Virus record (IMG/VR): IMGVR_UViG_3300044729_003839
Span: 58,966-122,965 of that record
Length of the DNA stretch: 64,000 bases
Reading direction: 5' to 3' (one strand)
From: a virus
Shown here: one piece after another, positions 30,005-40,055 of the stretch
Layout: every line of letters begins with the position of its first letter
Position numbering within the stretch: the first letter of the stretch is position 1
Position numbers and translations under genes: made by a program
Notes under the pieces: generated by a model
What the model saw: the letters and a program-made list of their open reading frames with translations, nothing else
What the model was told of the DNA's origin: nothing
The model's database searches: none

Positions 30005-33000
30005 GTGGAAAAAATCGCTTTTCAAAACGGCAAAGTAGTCTCTAGCCAGTATCTGAATAAAGTCCAGGAAGGGACGGAGTTTACCGGGGAGCCCCGCTCT
30101 GATTACTATGACGTAGCGACTAGCGGTGAGCAGGAAGGCTGGGATATTGGCCAGCGCGACGCTATTAAGGATTGGGAGATTGCTAATCCCCGGCTTGAGC
30201 CGGAGACCGCCATCGGTCGTCTTGCTCATGACGGTATCGTACTTAATGGAAATGAAAACGAACTTTTAGCGGTTGTAGGGTTGCCGTCCACTTTCGCATT
30301 CGAGGGTGGCCAAGGTGTAACAATTGAGGCGGGAAGCTTTATAAACCGGTCGGGGGACGCTGTTTCCTGGCCCAGGCAAAACATCAAGTTGCTGGGTGGC
30401 GCGGGAACAGTCTCTTACATTTACCTGCTTGAACAGCAAGACGCACCTTACACCGTCTCGGTGTCCAGCTCGTTGCCAAGCGTTAACGAAGCGCATATTC
30501 CGCTGGCGAAGATCACTCTTGACACGAATGGCGACGGCTTGGCCACTGATCCCGACACAGGCGAAGTCTTTGGTACTGGTTACATTGACATCCGCCCACA
30601 CACCTTCATCTCCGCTCTTAATCCGTACCCGAGAAATCTTTCTAACACCCCCATCCAGCGCGACGATTACACTGCGTTAGTCTCGGACAGAGTAATTACA
30701 GATACCAGTAACGGCAGCATTATTGTCACGCTTCCCGAATCTCCCAGCGACAGCGACCGAATCGCGTTAGTCGATATTTCCGGGACGTTCGACCGTTTCC
30801 CTTTAATTATTCGCACAAACCCCGTAAGTAACGAATTACTCAACGGGTCTCCAGACGACTGGATTGTAAACATCCGAGACGCGCATCTCGAGCTGTTTTA
30901 CCATGCAGCTACCGAGCAGTGGAAGTTTGAAGAGGCACCGGGATCAGAGTGCAATCCGGTTCTTGGTACGTTCCTTTCTTGTGGTGGTAAAGAGTTTATT
31001 GGCGATAGGACTATTGCCGAGTGCCCGGACGGGGCCAGATTGCCCACCACATACCCCATTCTTTCCGCAGGAGTATACAGTTTCGAGCCGTCACAAGCCG
31101 ACCCGACACTTGGCAAGTGCTACAGGCAATATGACGAAACAGTGGCATTGTATGCGAATGGTACTGGCGGACTTGTAAACGTCCCTCAAGCCCCCCGATG
31201 CAACAGATCTAACGCCTCTTTCACTCCTCTTTCCAGAAACACAATCCACATCGATCAGACGATCGGCGAAGATTCAATCGATAACAGGGGCTTTGATAAA
31301 GATCGTCCGTTCCGCACCATTGAACGTGCGCTGCTTGAAGGTGTTAGAGAATCCCGTCGCTCCGGCCAGAACAACGACCGGTACGACAAGGTCATGCTGG
31401 AAATCGCTCCGGGTGACTATTATGTTGATAATAGTCCTGGTGTTCTTTCCGGTCTTACGATAAGTGAAGGGACCGGACTCGTTCAAAAAGTAGATACAGG
31501 GTTCACAATTTCTAACTCAGTTATCGGAGACAAAGCCACTACCATTGTGGTAAATGTCGGCAATTCGGTTAACACGCAACCGCCACGCGAGTTGAACTTG
31601 GGCCGAGTCCTTTACTCAGAGTCTGGGGGTGTTGGTAACATCGCTCGGGTGCAAAAACAATCCGGCTCCAGCTCGAACTGGATCATCAGCCTTGAATACG
31701 TTAGAGGGACTTTTGAAGTAAACGACAAACTCTTCTTTGACAATCTGGCTGTTGTCAACCCTCAGACCGGGGGTCTTATCGTTCCCCGGGGAATATCGGT
31801 AGACGGGGTCGATCTTCGCAAGGTCCGCATCCGGCCGATGTACGTTCCGGAACTCAGCCCGGTCCAGAACGACCCGCAGACCGAAAAAACCGCCATATTC
31901 AAAGTTACTGGTGGAACCTATGTGTCGTTGATGACTTTCACCGACAACTTGCAATACTCGAGAAGCCATAATACCGTCACCGCTATTGAATTTGCTTCGG
32001 AGCAAGAGATTATCGGGGGCGGCAGCGAAACATCTTACTATTCCCGGATTAACTCCCTGTTCAAAGATGTTGATGGGTGGGAAGATGAGTTGCTTGAAGC
32101 GATTGCTGCTGAAACCACTATCGTCGCCCCTATCGCCTCTACAAAGCAGAACCGGTCTCAGGACATTGAGGAGAATCAGACAGGAATTCCTAGTCCCGAC
32201 TCGGCCAGTAACGCGGCTGTTATGTATCCCGGCGCCACCAGAATTCGCAACTCGGATGGCGCTATTGTCCCCTTGCCGGACATCAACTCGACCCGATCCA
32301 GTTCGCCTTACGTCTTTAACTGCTCGGTTCGGAGTATTTTCGGTCTGAACGGCCTCTGGGCGAACGGTTCACGTGTGTCTGGCTTTAAGTCGATGGTCAC
32401 CGCGAACTTTACCCAAGTCTCGCTTCAGACCGACCCGAACTGTTACTTAGACAATACGTATTTCCAAGACCCGCCTATTAATAAAACGGACAGCGAAGGC
32501 AAGAAATACAAATCCAGCAATGCAGATAAGTTCAAGTACCGCCACTTTGGAATCAGAGGCAGTAACGATGCCGCGATCCAAATCGTGTCCGTATTCTGTA
32601 TCGGTAACAGCGATCATTTTATTTCCGAGTCCGGCGCTGATCTGTCGATTACTAACTCTTGCTCGGACTTTGGTGACATCTCACTTCGAGGTATTGGGTA
32701 CAAAGCTAAGTCTTTTAGTCAGGATCAAGCCGCCCCGGAGACTGGATACAGCGGTACCCGGATTACACAGATTGTCCCCCCTTTGCCGCTGCAATACACT
32801 CAACTTCCCGACGGTCGTCCCGCCACATTAGAAGATATTGAGGTAAGTACTGGTCTTGTTATTGACTATAATAAAACCCTGGCTTATGTGCTGGCAAATA
32901 AAACGGGTACGAATGAGGCGCCCGAAACCATCAGAATCTATGTTCAAAACTCGAACATTGCCAGTCCGTTTAGCCTAGAACGTCCTCCTTCCGCCTCTAA

Positions 33001-36000
33001 TATCGCTTTCGGCCAATACAGCTACACCAAAAAAATCGGTACGAGTACTTGGGAGTTGTCCGGCGGTCCCAGCAGACCTAACAGAAAACGTATCTATATT
33101 AACGGTTTTGATGAAGTCGGCAATTCTATACTGTATACTGGCGATCTCCAACTCGCTGCAACCAATTCCCCCGGATTTGGTAATCTAGACGACAGCTCTA
33201 AAATATTTGCATGGGACAGCGCACCTATTGATATTGATCAGGAAACCGGGAATACAGTAACCGGATCTCCAGCCTGGTATATTAATGTAACGACTCAAGG
33301 TATCTCTGAAGAAAGTACAGATCAAAACGCCGATGGATACCTCACCAAACGGTTTAACTACGCTTTTAGGTATAAGCTGATTGACAACCCGACTGGGCAA
33401 GATGCCGTCTTCGCCTCCCTGGACTTTATGTTCAACCGGTCGGCGGTAAAAATCATCCGCGCTATTGATCAGAGGCGAGCGGATGACCGAGTGTATCGAG
33501 TCGTACTCGAAGGATTCGAGCGTCTTCGGGGGATGAGACGTCCGCAGCCTTATTATGTCCTTGAGAAGCAACCGGGTGTTGCCGGTTTCCCTTTAAATAA
33601 TTCATCCGAACTTGAGGATAACCCGTTAACCATCACGCAAGTACGCACTTATGAAGAGGTGTTTACACCAGGAGCCAGTGTCCAAAACAGTGGAAAATAC
33701 GTTACATATTTGACGCAAGGTTCCCGCGCTCGCGATGTATTTACCGGAGACTTTTACCCGTCTCTGGATAGCGATTATCCCGAGCTTACGGAAGACCCCG
33801 TTGAAAGTGCTACTAAGCAGGCTTTGGCCCTAATGCAGGCAAGAGCTTCTGTGAACTTCAGTGCCCCGCTCCAGGCATCGACCGAACCTATCACGGTCCG
33901 TACCTCGGCATCCGCCTCTGTCGGCATCCTGGTCGGGTTGAGACGTCCGTCCGTCATCCGCGCTTCCGGGCACACCTGGGAATGGACTGGATACCTGAAC
34001 TACGACACTTCGTTCCCAACATTCCAAGGCGAACCTTTAGAGCAAGAGTTCATTCTTGGTAAGATTATCACCGAAGAGAATGGTGGCCGAGTATACGCCA
34101 CCGGTATGAACGAGGAGGGTAACTATTACCTCGGTACTACTGTCTTTGACCTTAGGTCGGGCGAGCAGTTCTCGATTCCTTACGCGTCAGAATCTGGAGC
34201 CGAAGGCCTTACCAACCAGGTGCTGAACAACGTAATCATAAGAAGTACTTTGCTTATGCAAGACGGCTCCAGCCTTATCATGGGGCGGGGTACAAGCCTT
34301 TTCTTCAGTAACGATACCCAGTTCAAATCTTTGACTACTGGCGATATCATCGCATCGCCAAACCCTCCCCTAGTCTATGCATCACGCGACCGGGCCGGTA
34401 TTGTACAACTCGCCAAGAAAGAAGATATCAGAGGGGCGAAGAATCCAGCGTTCCTGGGGATTAGTGACAAAGTCGCTGTTACTGCCTTCGACCTGGCTAA
34501 CGAACTTGATGCTAGGTTAAATAACAATGTCACTGGCGGTAGGGGCATTTCTGTTACCCAGGTCAACGTAGAAATCCCGGGCGGAGACCCTAACGATCCT
34601 TCAGACGATATAGCCCAGTTCGTTGTAAATTCTGGTCTGCCAGGTAATACTGATGCCGTAGGATTCTCCAGTCTTTGCATTGGCGAAGACCCCTCTCTAG
34701 AGAATAGTACAAAACTTACAAGTCTTAGAACTTCTAGCCAATCTCTCCCCGTAAGGGACGAAAGTAATGCCTCAGACTCTGCTCTAGTCACAGAGAAAGG
34801 GATCGCCAAATGGGCTAAAGATATCCCGGGGTATGTAAAATCTCAGGGCACAAGCCCCTACATCGTGCTTCACGTCTCCAGGGATACCCCGCTTACCGGG
34901 GAAAACTCAGTACCTGGTGGGTACTTTGAGACAAATGAAGTATCTTACAGCCCCAATTCTAGTTCGATATTCAGAAGAACAATTTTCTCGACAGTAACAG
35001 ATGCGCTGGAATTTGCGGCCGGAGCCTACCTCCCCCTAGGAGCCGAACTTGTAATCAGTGTCCATGACAATATAACTGCTACCGAAGCAGGACCATTAAT
35101 GGTTGCAAATAGCTGGTCAACTGTTGTTGTAGCTGGGGCGAGGGGTGCTGTTACAACCCCTAAAATCCGGATTAATATAGATGGCTCTGTACCTTCGGAC
35201 AACACAAAATTCGCCGGAACCAGGATCCCTCAAGTCATCGATAGAGCTATATCTGCTGGCATAATTTTTCAAGATCTGACAATTGACATTAACACTAATG
35301 AGACAAATGCTGAAAGCACTTATCTAACCCTTAATGGGGGGTTTGGGGTAAATACACGGGATACAGTAATTAACTGGTTGAATTGCAGCGGAAGCAGCGC
35401 GTCTGGCACAGCTTACTCTCAAGTGCCAGGTAAGTTCATTAATGCCACGGCCAGTGTGGGCGAAAAAACTCAGATTCGAGTTACACCAGAATTGACTACT
35501 TCCGGATCAGATTACAGTATTGTAACCAATCTAGAAATGGCAAATACCAGCCAAAAGACGTTCGTCGCCTTCTTTGATCAAGCTGGTGGTCTTTTGGGGC
35601 AAAACTGCGACATCGTTTTTGATTTCAGACGGGCAAGTTATGGCGATGGGGGAAATAAAACTCTGGAGTTTAAGTTCACTCACAATAGTTCTGAGCCTTG
35701 CTGGGTTAAAATGCTTGGCATGGGCGGCAGAGGAAACTGTAGAATTACAAGCCGAATTGCTCCGTTTGTGAAATGGAACTTTGATAACAAAGATTGGAAT
35801 ATGAAATTCTTTTACACAGGATTTTTATCCAATCCTAATACTTGTGGCTTAGCCTTTAAACCGTTCCCGTATTCAAGCGGGGTTTACAAAATCTCGCAAA
35901 GCACGGCTCAGAGTATACTTAGCTCTGGTGCTGCCGCAGTTGCCAAGGATTGTATAATCTCCGGATTGGACTCAGCGTCCTTTAATTCCGGCCCGTTCTC

Positions 36001-36163
36001 TATCTACCAAGAGTTAGCAGGTAAGACGGTTAGTACAGTTTCTATCCCCTCCGTTCTTTTGAAAAAAGAAGTTCCTAACTCGTTTAGAATCTCATCCCCT
36101 GACGGAACTGAATACGACATCAGTGTAAGTAACGCTGGTGTTCTGCAAGTAGATCCTGTCTAA
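30005..36163 (+). CDS. Long tail fibre / receptor-binding protein
   Basis: 2052 aa. T4 gp9/10-like DTSNGSIIVTLPESP module, PFRTIERAL..APGDYYVDN, SSPYVFNCSVRS..GFKSMV and SGHTWEWTGYLNY motifs of cyanophage fibres, RAGIVQLA fibre repeat. Confidence 0.8.
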   Translation: MEKIAFQNGKVVSSQYLNKVQEGTEFTGEPRSDYYDVATSGEQEGWDIGQRDAIKDWEIANPRLEPETAIGRLAHDGIVLNGNENELLAVVGLPSTFAFEGGQGVTIEAGSFINRSGDAVSWPRQNIKLLGGAGTVSYIYLLEQQDAPYTVSVSSSLPSVNEAHIPLAKITLDTNGDGLATDPDTGEVFGTGYIDIRPHTFISALNPYPRNLSNTPIQRDDYTALVSDRVITDTSNGSIIVTLPESPSDSDRIALVDISGTFDRFPLIIRTNPVSNELLNGSPDDWIVNIRDAHLELFYHAATEQWKFEEAPGSECNPVLGTFLSCGGKEFIGDRTIAECPDGARLPTTYPILSAGVYSFEPSQADPTLGKCYRQYDETVALYANGTGGLVNVPQAPRCNRSNASFTPLSRNTIHIDQTIGEDSIDNRGFDKDRPFRTIERALLEGVRESRRSGQNNDRYDKVMLEIAPGDYYVDNSPGVLSGLTISEGTGLVQKVDTGFTISNSVIGDKATTIVVNVGNSVNTQPPRELNLGRVLYSESGGVGNIARVQKQSGSSSNWIISLEYVRGTFEVNDKLFFDNLAVVNPQTGGLIVPRGISVDGVDLRKVRIRPMYVPELSPVQNDPQTEKTAIFKVTGGTYVSLMTFTDNLQYSRSHNTVTAIEFASEQEIIGGGSETSYYSRINSLFKDVDGWEDELLEAIAAETTIVAPIASTKQNRSQDIEENQTGIPSPDSASNAAVMYPGATRIRNSDGAIVPLPDINSTRSSSPYVFNCSVRSIFGLNGLWANGSRVSGFKSMVTANFTQVSLQTDPNCYLDNTYFQDPPINKTDSEGKKYKSSNADKFKYRHFGIRGSNDAAIQIVSVFCIGNSDHFISESGADLSITNSCSDFGDISLRGIGYKAKSFSQDQAAPETGYSGTRITQIVPPLPLQYTQLPDGRPATLEDIEVSTGLVIDYNKTLAYVLANKTGTNEAPETIRIYVQNSNIASPFSLERPPSASNIAFGQYSYTKKIGTSTWELSGGPSRPNRKRIYINGFDEVGNSILYTGDLQLAATNSPGFGNLDDSSKIFAWDSAPIDIDQETGNTVTGSPAWYINVTTQGISEESTDQNADGYLTKRFNYAFRYKLIDNPTGQDAVFASLDFMFNRSAVKIIRAIDQRRADDRVYRVVLEGFERLRGMRRPQPYYVLEKQPGVAGFPLNNSSELEDNPLTITQVRTYEEVFTPGASVQNSGKYVTYLTQGSRARDVFTGDFYPSLDSDYPELTEDPVESATKQALALMQARASVNFSAPLQASTEPITVRTSASASVGILVGLRRPSVIRASGHTWEWTGYLNYDTSFPTFQGEPLEQEFILGKIITEENGGRVYATGMNEEGNYYLGTTVFDLRSGEQFSIPYASESGAEGLTNQVLNNVIIRSTLLMQDGSSLIMGRGTSLFFSNDTQFKSLTTGDIIASPNPPLVYASRDRAGIVQLAKKEDIRGAKNPAFLGISDKVAVTAFDLANELDARLNNNVTGGRGISVTQVNVEIPGGDPNDPSDDIAQFVVNSGLPGNTDAVGFSSLCIGEDPSLENSTKLTSLRTSSQSLPVRDESNASDSALVTEKGIAKWAKDIPGYVKSQGTSPYIVLHVSRDTPLTGENSVPGGYFETNEVSYSPNSSSIFRRTIFSTVTDALEFAAGAYLPLGAELVISVHDNITATEAGPLMVANSWSTVVVAGARGAVTTPKIRINIDGSVPSDNTKFAGTRIPQVIDRAISAGIIFQDLTIDINTNETNAESTYLTLNGGFGVNTRDTVINWLNCSGSSASGTAYSQVPGKFINATASVGEKTQIRVTPELTTSGSDYSIVTNLEMANTSQKTFVAFFDQAGGLLGQNCDIVFDFRRASYGDGGNKTLEFKFTHNSSEPCWVKMLGMGGRGNCRITSRIAPFVKWNFDNKDWNMKFFYTGFLSNPNTCGLAFKPFPYSSGVYKISQSTAQSILSSGAAAVAKDCIISGLDSASFNSGPFSIYQELAGKTVSTVSIPSVLLKKEVPNSFRISSPDGTEYDISVSNAGVLQVDPV

Positions 36164-36441
36164 TGGCAAGAGCTAAACCCCCTCGCTGGTGGGGCAAATT
36201 CACCTCCTCCTTGCCCAAGTTTCGTTTGCCTTTTCTCGAACCGAGGGTATGGACGCGGGAACTCGCCCAGGCCTGGGTAGACCGAATCCCGCCCAAATGC
36301 CCGTTTGAGAGGGCGGTGTGGTGGCGCGGTCGCCTTGTGCTCTACATCCCCCCTTTGTGTCCCCTTAACCCATGTTCGACCCAGCTTTACGCGATACGCC
36401 TCAAAGCGCAAGAATTTCTGTCAGCAAATCCTGACATTTGA
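36163..36441 (+). CDS. Mo-dependent nitrogenase C-terminal family protein (cyanobacterial, function unknown)
   Basis: IPPKCPFER..IPPLCPLNP..QL..IRLKA..FL matches the PF06967 signature. Confidence 0.8.
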   Translation: MARAKPPRWWGKFTSSLPKFRLPFLEPRVWTRELAQAWVDRIPPKCPFERAVWWRGRLVLYIPPLCPLNPCSTQLYAIRLKAQEFLSANPDI

Positions 36442-36528
36442 ATTCGCGCCCCCCTCAAGCGCGGTGTATAGTAAAAACATGACGAGGGGAATTTCTCCCT
36501 CTCGTCCAAATCCAAAGGACCAAATCGT

Positions 36529-37491
36529 ATGACCACGGCTACAACTTTTACCGTCAACGTGATCGAGGTGGGGACCTCAAGCCCCGATCTCGCCCCGCTC
36601 GCAGGACGTGAGTACTCTAAGCAGTACACAGCTCTGCCTAACGCGAATCTGCCCAAGGCGATGCGTCTCGCGCTGGACAAAGTGTTTACCGCTTTGACTG
36701 GCGAAGAACTCCCTCTCGAAGAGAACACCTTCCTCATCAAGGCAGAAGACGGTGTTTACAATCGCCTTTTCGGACCCATTCTCAAGGCAGGGAATGACGA
36801 GGTCGAAGGTACTTCCACCGGCTCGTTCACCATTCAATGGGGCAATCGCTACATCCCTGTCACTCTGGGCAAGGAGGGCTTAGGCGTAGAAATTAACGGC
36901 CAAGCTGTAACGCTTGAGGCTGAATTCGCTGGATTCAACTTCTCCGGCCGTGGACCCGACGCTTGCCTGATGGTGTCTGTTGACGAAGAGGATGGCTCGG
37001 GTCAAACCGCCATGCCCATCGCGGTTCGGTTCATCGACTACCAGAACCCGCCTGAGACAAAAGCTCTCAACTCCCTTCTCAAAAAGAACAAGGCGGTAGA
37101 TGACATTCTTCCCCTTGTGCAGGAGGTTACTCCCCGTGGGTCTGGGGGCATGCGCTCCGACTGCGACAGCGAGATCGACTTCCGCGACCTCAAAATTGGT
37201 CAGTACAGCGTGATCGGCTATCGGAGCGCGAACACGAAATTCGGTACCTCGTATCGGATCGTGATCGGCGATTATCCGGTGGGGACCGGTCAAACTGCTG
37301 AGACCTGGGCTCATACCAGTCTCCGCTCGCTGCTGGCGACGAGTCCCGAAATCACCCAGGAAAAACCCGCCTTGCTCCATATCAAGGACAAGGAAGTCAC
37401 AAGCGAAGGCAAAACCCGTATCCGTTGCACGCTGATCCTGAGCAGGCAGGAAGAAGTCAATCCGGACGCCCTGGATCTGAACTTCGGCTGA
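36529..37491 (+). CDS. Hypothetical early protein, possibly ssDNA-binding (OB-like C-domain)
   Basis: 320 aa, AAGGA SD, GC-ending codons, beta-rich C-domain with an acidic/aromatic tail; followed by a terminator. Function is a guess. Confidence 0.5.
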   Translation: MTTATTFTVNVIEVGTSSPDLAPLAGREYSKQYTALPNANLPKAMRLALDKVFTALTGEELPLEENTFLIKAEDGVYNRLFGPILKAGNDEVEGTSTGSFTIQWGNRYIPVTLGKEGLGVEINGQAVTLEAEFAGFNFSGRGPDACLMVSVDEEDGSGQTAMPIAVRFIDYQNPPETKALNSLLKKNKAVDDILPLVQEVTPRGSGGMRSDCDSEIDFRDLKIGQYSVIGYRSANTKFGTSYRIVIGDYPVGTGQTAETWAHTSLRSLLATSPEITQEKPALLHIKDKEVTSEGKTRIRCTLILSRQEEVNPDALDLNFG

Positions 37492-37504
37492 TCGCCCTTA
37501 GCAC

Positions 37505-37531
37505 GCCCCGGTCTTATGTCCGGGGTTTTCT
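37505..37531 (+). terminator. Intrinsic terminator
   Basis: GCCCCGG-tcttatgt-CCGGGGT stem followed by TTTCTT, just after the 36529-37491 gene. Confidence 0.7.
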
Positions 37532-37533
37532 TA

Positions 37534-37542
37534 GTTGAAAGC
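37534..37542 (+). promoter_or_regulatory. Putative late promoter box GTTGAAAGC
   Basis: Immediately after the terminator; 24 nt before ATG 37567. Confidence 0.75.
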
Positions 37543-37566
37543 TTGTTATCTTAACAAGTCGAGCTA

Positions 37567-38088
37567 ATGGAAACCAAAGCGCCTTATGGCTGGTCGTCAC
37601 TGAACAAAGACGAAGTGTCTTACGAGTTTGGTGAGGCGAGAATGGGCACAGGCCCTAACGACATTCCTTCTAACCAGATCGGCGAGGGGGAAGACGATTA
37701 CCACAGCAGAGACGTGTCCCCTGACTCGGAGTTTGGTGCTGCGAAAGTAGCAGATAACCGAGACGGTTACGGCGGTAAAGATGACTATCGCCCTAAGGCT
37801 GGGGACAAAGACCCTGCCGATGTGGGTACCATAGACCTCCCAATCGGGCACATCGTCCTTGAGGATGGTGTTGTCCAGGGGAGGAATTACTACCTCGTGC
37901 AGGACATTAAGTCGGAGAAAATGTACACCGTAGTGCCCAATTTCAAAGGTGGTGAGACCTATAAATCCCCTATGCGTGGTGACCGGACTTCCGCTTTGCA
38001 AGACGCCTATAGGACGCTTTCGGCTACGTTGCCCGACTCGGCCCTGGCTCAACTTCGAGAACGGTTCCCGGAAACTCTCGCTTTGTGA
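37567..38088 (+). CDS. Hypothetical late protein (acidic N-half, PxGW leader)
   Basis: 173 aa, begins METKAPYGWS; late box upstream. Confidence 0.65.
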   Translation: METKAPYGWSSLNKDEVSYEFGEARMGTGPNDIPSNQIGEGEDDYHSRDVSPDSEFGAAKVADNRDGYGGKDDYRPKAGDKDPADVGTIDLPIGHIVLEDGVVQGRNYYLVQDIKSEKMYTVVPNFKGGETYKSPMRGDRTSALQDAYRTLSATLPDSALAQLRERFPETLAL

Positions 38089-38094
38089 TATAAT
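38085..38094 (+). promoter_or_regulatory. sigma70 extended -10 (GTGATATAAT) for nrdB
   Basis: Perfect TG-n-TATAAT 20 nt before ATG 38115; its TGA is the upstream stop. Confidence 0.7.
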
Positions 38095-38114
38095 CATTTC
38101 AACCCACATTTTAA

Positions 38115-39119
38115 ATGGCCTCGATCCTTTCTCATCCCCCCATGGTCTACAAATTCGCCCATGGATACGACTTTCCTGAATTCAACGATTATTTTAAAAA
38201 GGCCATCCTGTCGGTGTGGAATCCGTGGGAAGTCAGCCTGAAAAGTGATTGCCTGGACTGGGATCATAACTTATCGCAGTCGGAAAAAGATTTGGTGGCC
38301 GGTGTGTTGCGCGGTTTCACCTCCGCCGAACTAGGCATCTCGTGCTATTGGGGAGACACGGTATGCAGAACGTTCCCTAAGCCGGAGATCCAAGACATGG
38401 CAAGGACGTTCAGCGCGTTTGAACGTATCCATGCAGCGGCTTATAACTATCTTTCAGACACCCTTGGGCTTAACGAGTTCGAAGAGTTCATGGCTGATGA
38501 GGCGGCTAAGACAAAAGTTGAAAGGTTCTTTACAGAGTGTGAGTCAGAAAAGGTATCTTTAGCTGTGTTCTCTGGTTGTGGCGAGGGAGTATCACTATAC
38601 TCATCCTTTGCAATTTTACTATCCTTTAACAGGGGCGGTAGACTCAAAGGACTAGCGCAAATCATATCATGGTCAGTTTCCGACGAAGTAAAACACAGCG
38701 ATGCTGGAAGTTTACTATTTAAATACTTAGTAAAAGAGGTAGGTATTACAGAAGAGGAAAAAGCCCAGATCAAGAGAGGATTCGACGCTATCATAGCCAA
38801 TGAGTACAGCTTTTTGGAAAGCATTTTCGACAAAGTCGATAACACTGCTATTCCTATCGCTCTAAATGACCTGAAAGCTTATATATTGTACCGAGCTAAC
38901 GACCGTCTCCAAAACCTTGATCTTGACATGCGTTATGAAATGGATGATGAACAGATTGCATCAGCTCGGAACATCGCTTCCTGGTTCGATCCTATGGTCA
39001 AAGGCCAGACAAATAACGACTTCTTTTCAATGGCGAAGAATGGGAGCGGCTATGTTGCAAAGCCAAGCCAAGACTTTGACAACGTCGATCTTAGGGCCTT
39101 GGACCTGGTTCTGACATGA
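38115..39119 (+). CDS. nrdB: Ribonucleotide reductase class I beta subunit
   Basis: WNPWEV, FERIHAAAY, EGVSLYSSF, SDEVKH di-metal ligands, DFF near the C-terminus. Confidence 0.93.
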   Translation: MASILSHPPMVYKFAHGYDFPEFNDYFKKAILSVWNPWEVSLKSDCLDWDHNLSQSEKDLVAGVLRGFTSAELGISCYWGDTVCRTFPKPEIQDMARTFSAFERIHAAAYNYLSDTLGLNEFEEFMADEAAKTKVERFFTECESEKVSLAVFSGCGEGVSLYSSFAILLSFNRGGRLKGLAQIISWSVSDEVKHSDAGSLLFKYLVKEVGITEEEKAQIKRGFDAIIANEYSFLESIFDKVDNTAIPIALNDLKAYILYRANDRLQNLDLDMRYEMDDEQIASARNIASWFDPMVKGQTNNDFFSMAKNGSGYVAKPSQDFDNVDLRALDLVLT

Positions 39120-39128
39120 CTTGATCTA

Positions 39129-39284
39129 ATGGCTGACTACCCGTTTCCAAAGCCTTATCTCCAGCAGCCCGGAAACACATGGGTAGTAAAGACTTTGTCC
39201 GGGGTTAAGACTTTCACTGATCCCGAACTTGCCTGGAGCGCTTACTACTTCGCCCGACTCAATTACCTTAAAAAGGTTAACTAA
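39129..39284 (+). CDS. Small hypothetical protein (51 aa, not in ORF track)
   Basis: MADYPFPKPYLQQPGNTWVVKTLSGVKTFTDPELAWSAYYFARLNYLKKVN; fills the gap after nrdB. Confidence 0.5.
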   Translation: MADYPFPKPYLQQPGNTWVVKTLSGVKTFTDPELAWSAYYFARLNYLKKVN

Positions 39285-39293
39285 CTAATCACC

Positions 39294-39452
39294 ATGGCTT
39301 TATCTAAGACTGACAAGAACGAGAAGATTATGAAGTCGTCTCACGGGACTACTTGCCTTATTACCCAGGCAGGTAAAGCGGACAGGCTTCTCGATCTTTC
39401 AAGAATTCGAAAAATCGCTGAGAAGAGGCGAGCTAGTGATTGGGAAATCTAA
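39294..39452 (+). CDS. Small basic hypothetical protein (52 aa, not in ORF track)
   Basis: MALSKTDKNEKIMKSSHGTTCLITQAGKADRLLDLSRIRKIAEKRRASDWEI; tightly packed between neighbours. Confidence 0.5.
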   Translation: MALSKTDKNEKIMKSSHGTTCLITQAGKADRLLDLSRIRKIAEKRRASDWEI

Positions 39453-39456
39453 TACA

Positions 39457-39951
39457 ATGGATGTAAACATTAACATACCGGCAGGATGGTCTTTGCCTGA
39501 ACCAGGTGAAGGCGAAGACGAGTACACGAGCATGGAAGAAGTCCCTGCCCTGGACCCTGAAGATGAGAAGAAAGAGAAATGGCTTAGGTGGAAAGACTCC
39601 CCTTACCAGGTGAGTGATATGGGCAGGGTTAGGCGTGTCCAACAGAACGGCTCGTTCAAGTTAAGAAAGCCTCGATCGGATGATAGGGGTAAGCATAGAG
39701 TCAATCTAACTTGGGAAAGTCAGGGAGTTCCGCATCGTGAAGAGCCGTTTGTCCACCAAGCCGTGATGGAGTTATTTGGACCTGAAAAACCCAGTGGAGA
39801 AAACATAGTCATCTGCCATAGGCATCCTACTGGCGAAGATGGCAAACCGGATAATAGGCTAACTAATCTCTACTGGTGCAATAGGAGTAAAAATGTTAAA
39901 GATAGTTGGGATGACGGCCTTATGGAGGAAGGTGCGAAATGGAAAGACTGA
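39457..39951 (+). CDS. NUMOD4/HNH endonuclease with acidic IPAGW leader
   Basis: YQVSDMGRVR (NUMOD4-like), VHQAVMELF..ICHRH..DNRLTNLYW..N (HNH_3-like). Probable start ATG 39457. Confidence 0.8.
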   Translation: MDVNINIPAGWSLPEPGEGEDEYTSMEEVPALDPEDEKKEKWLRWKDSPYQVSDMGRVRRVQQNGSFKLRKPRSDDRGKHRVNLTWESQGVPHREEPFVHQAVMELFGPEKPSGENIVICHRHPTGEDGKPDNRLTNLYWCNRSKNVKDSWDDGLMEEGAKWKD

Positions 39952-40055
39952 GCCCTCGGCCTCCCTAACCCCTAAGAGATAACCAACCCCTTAATTGCTA
40001 ACTAACGCAAAAGATGTAAATCTTTTGTGAAGGAATTTTTCGTCTTTTTTTTATC

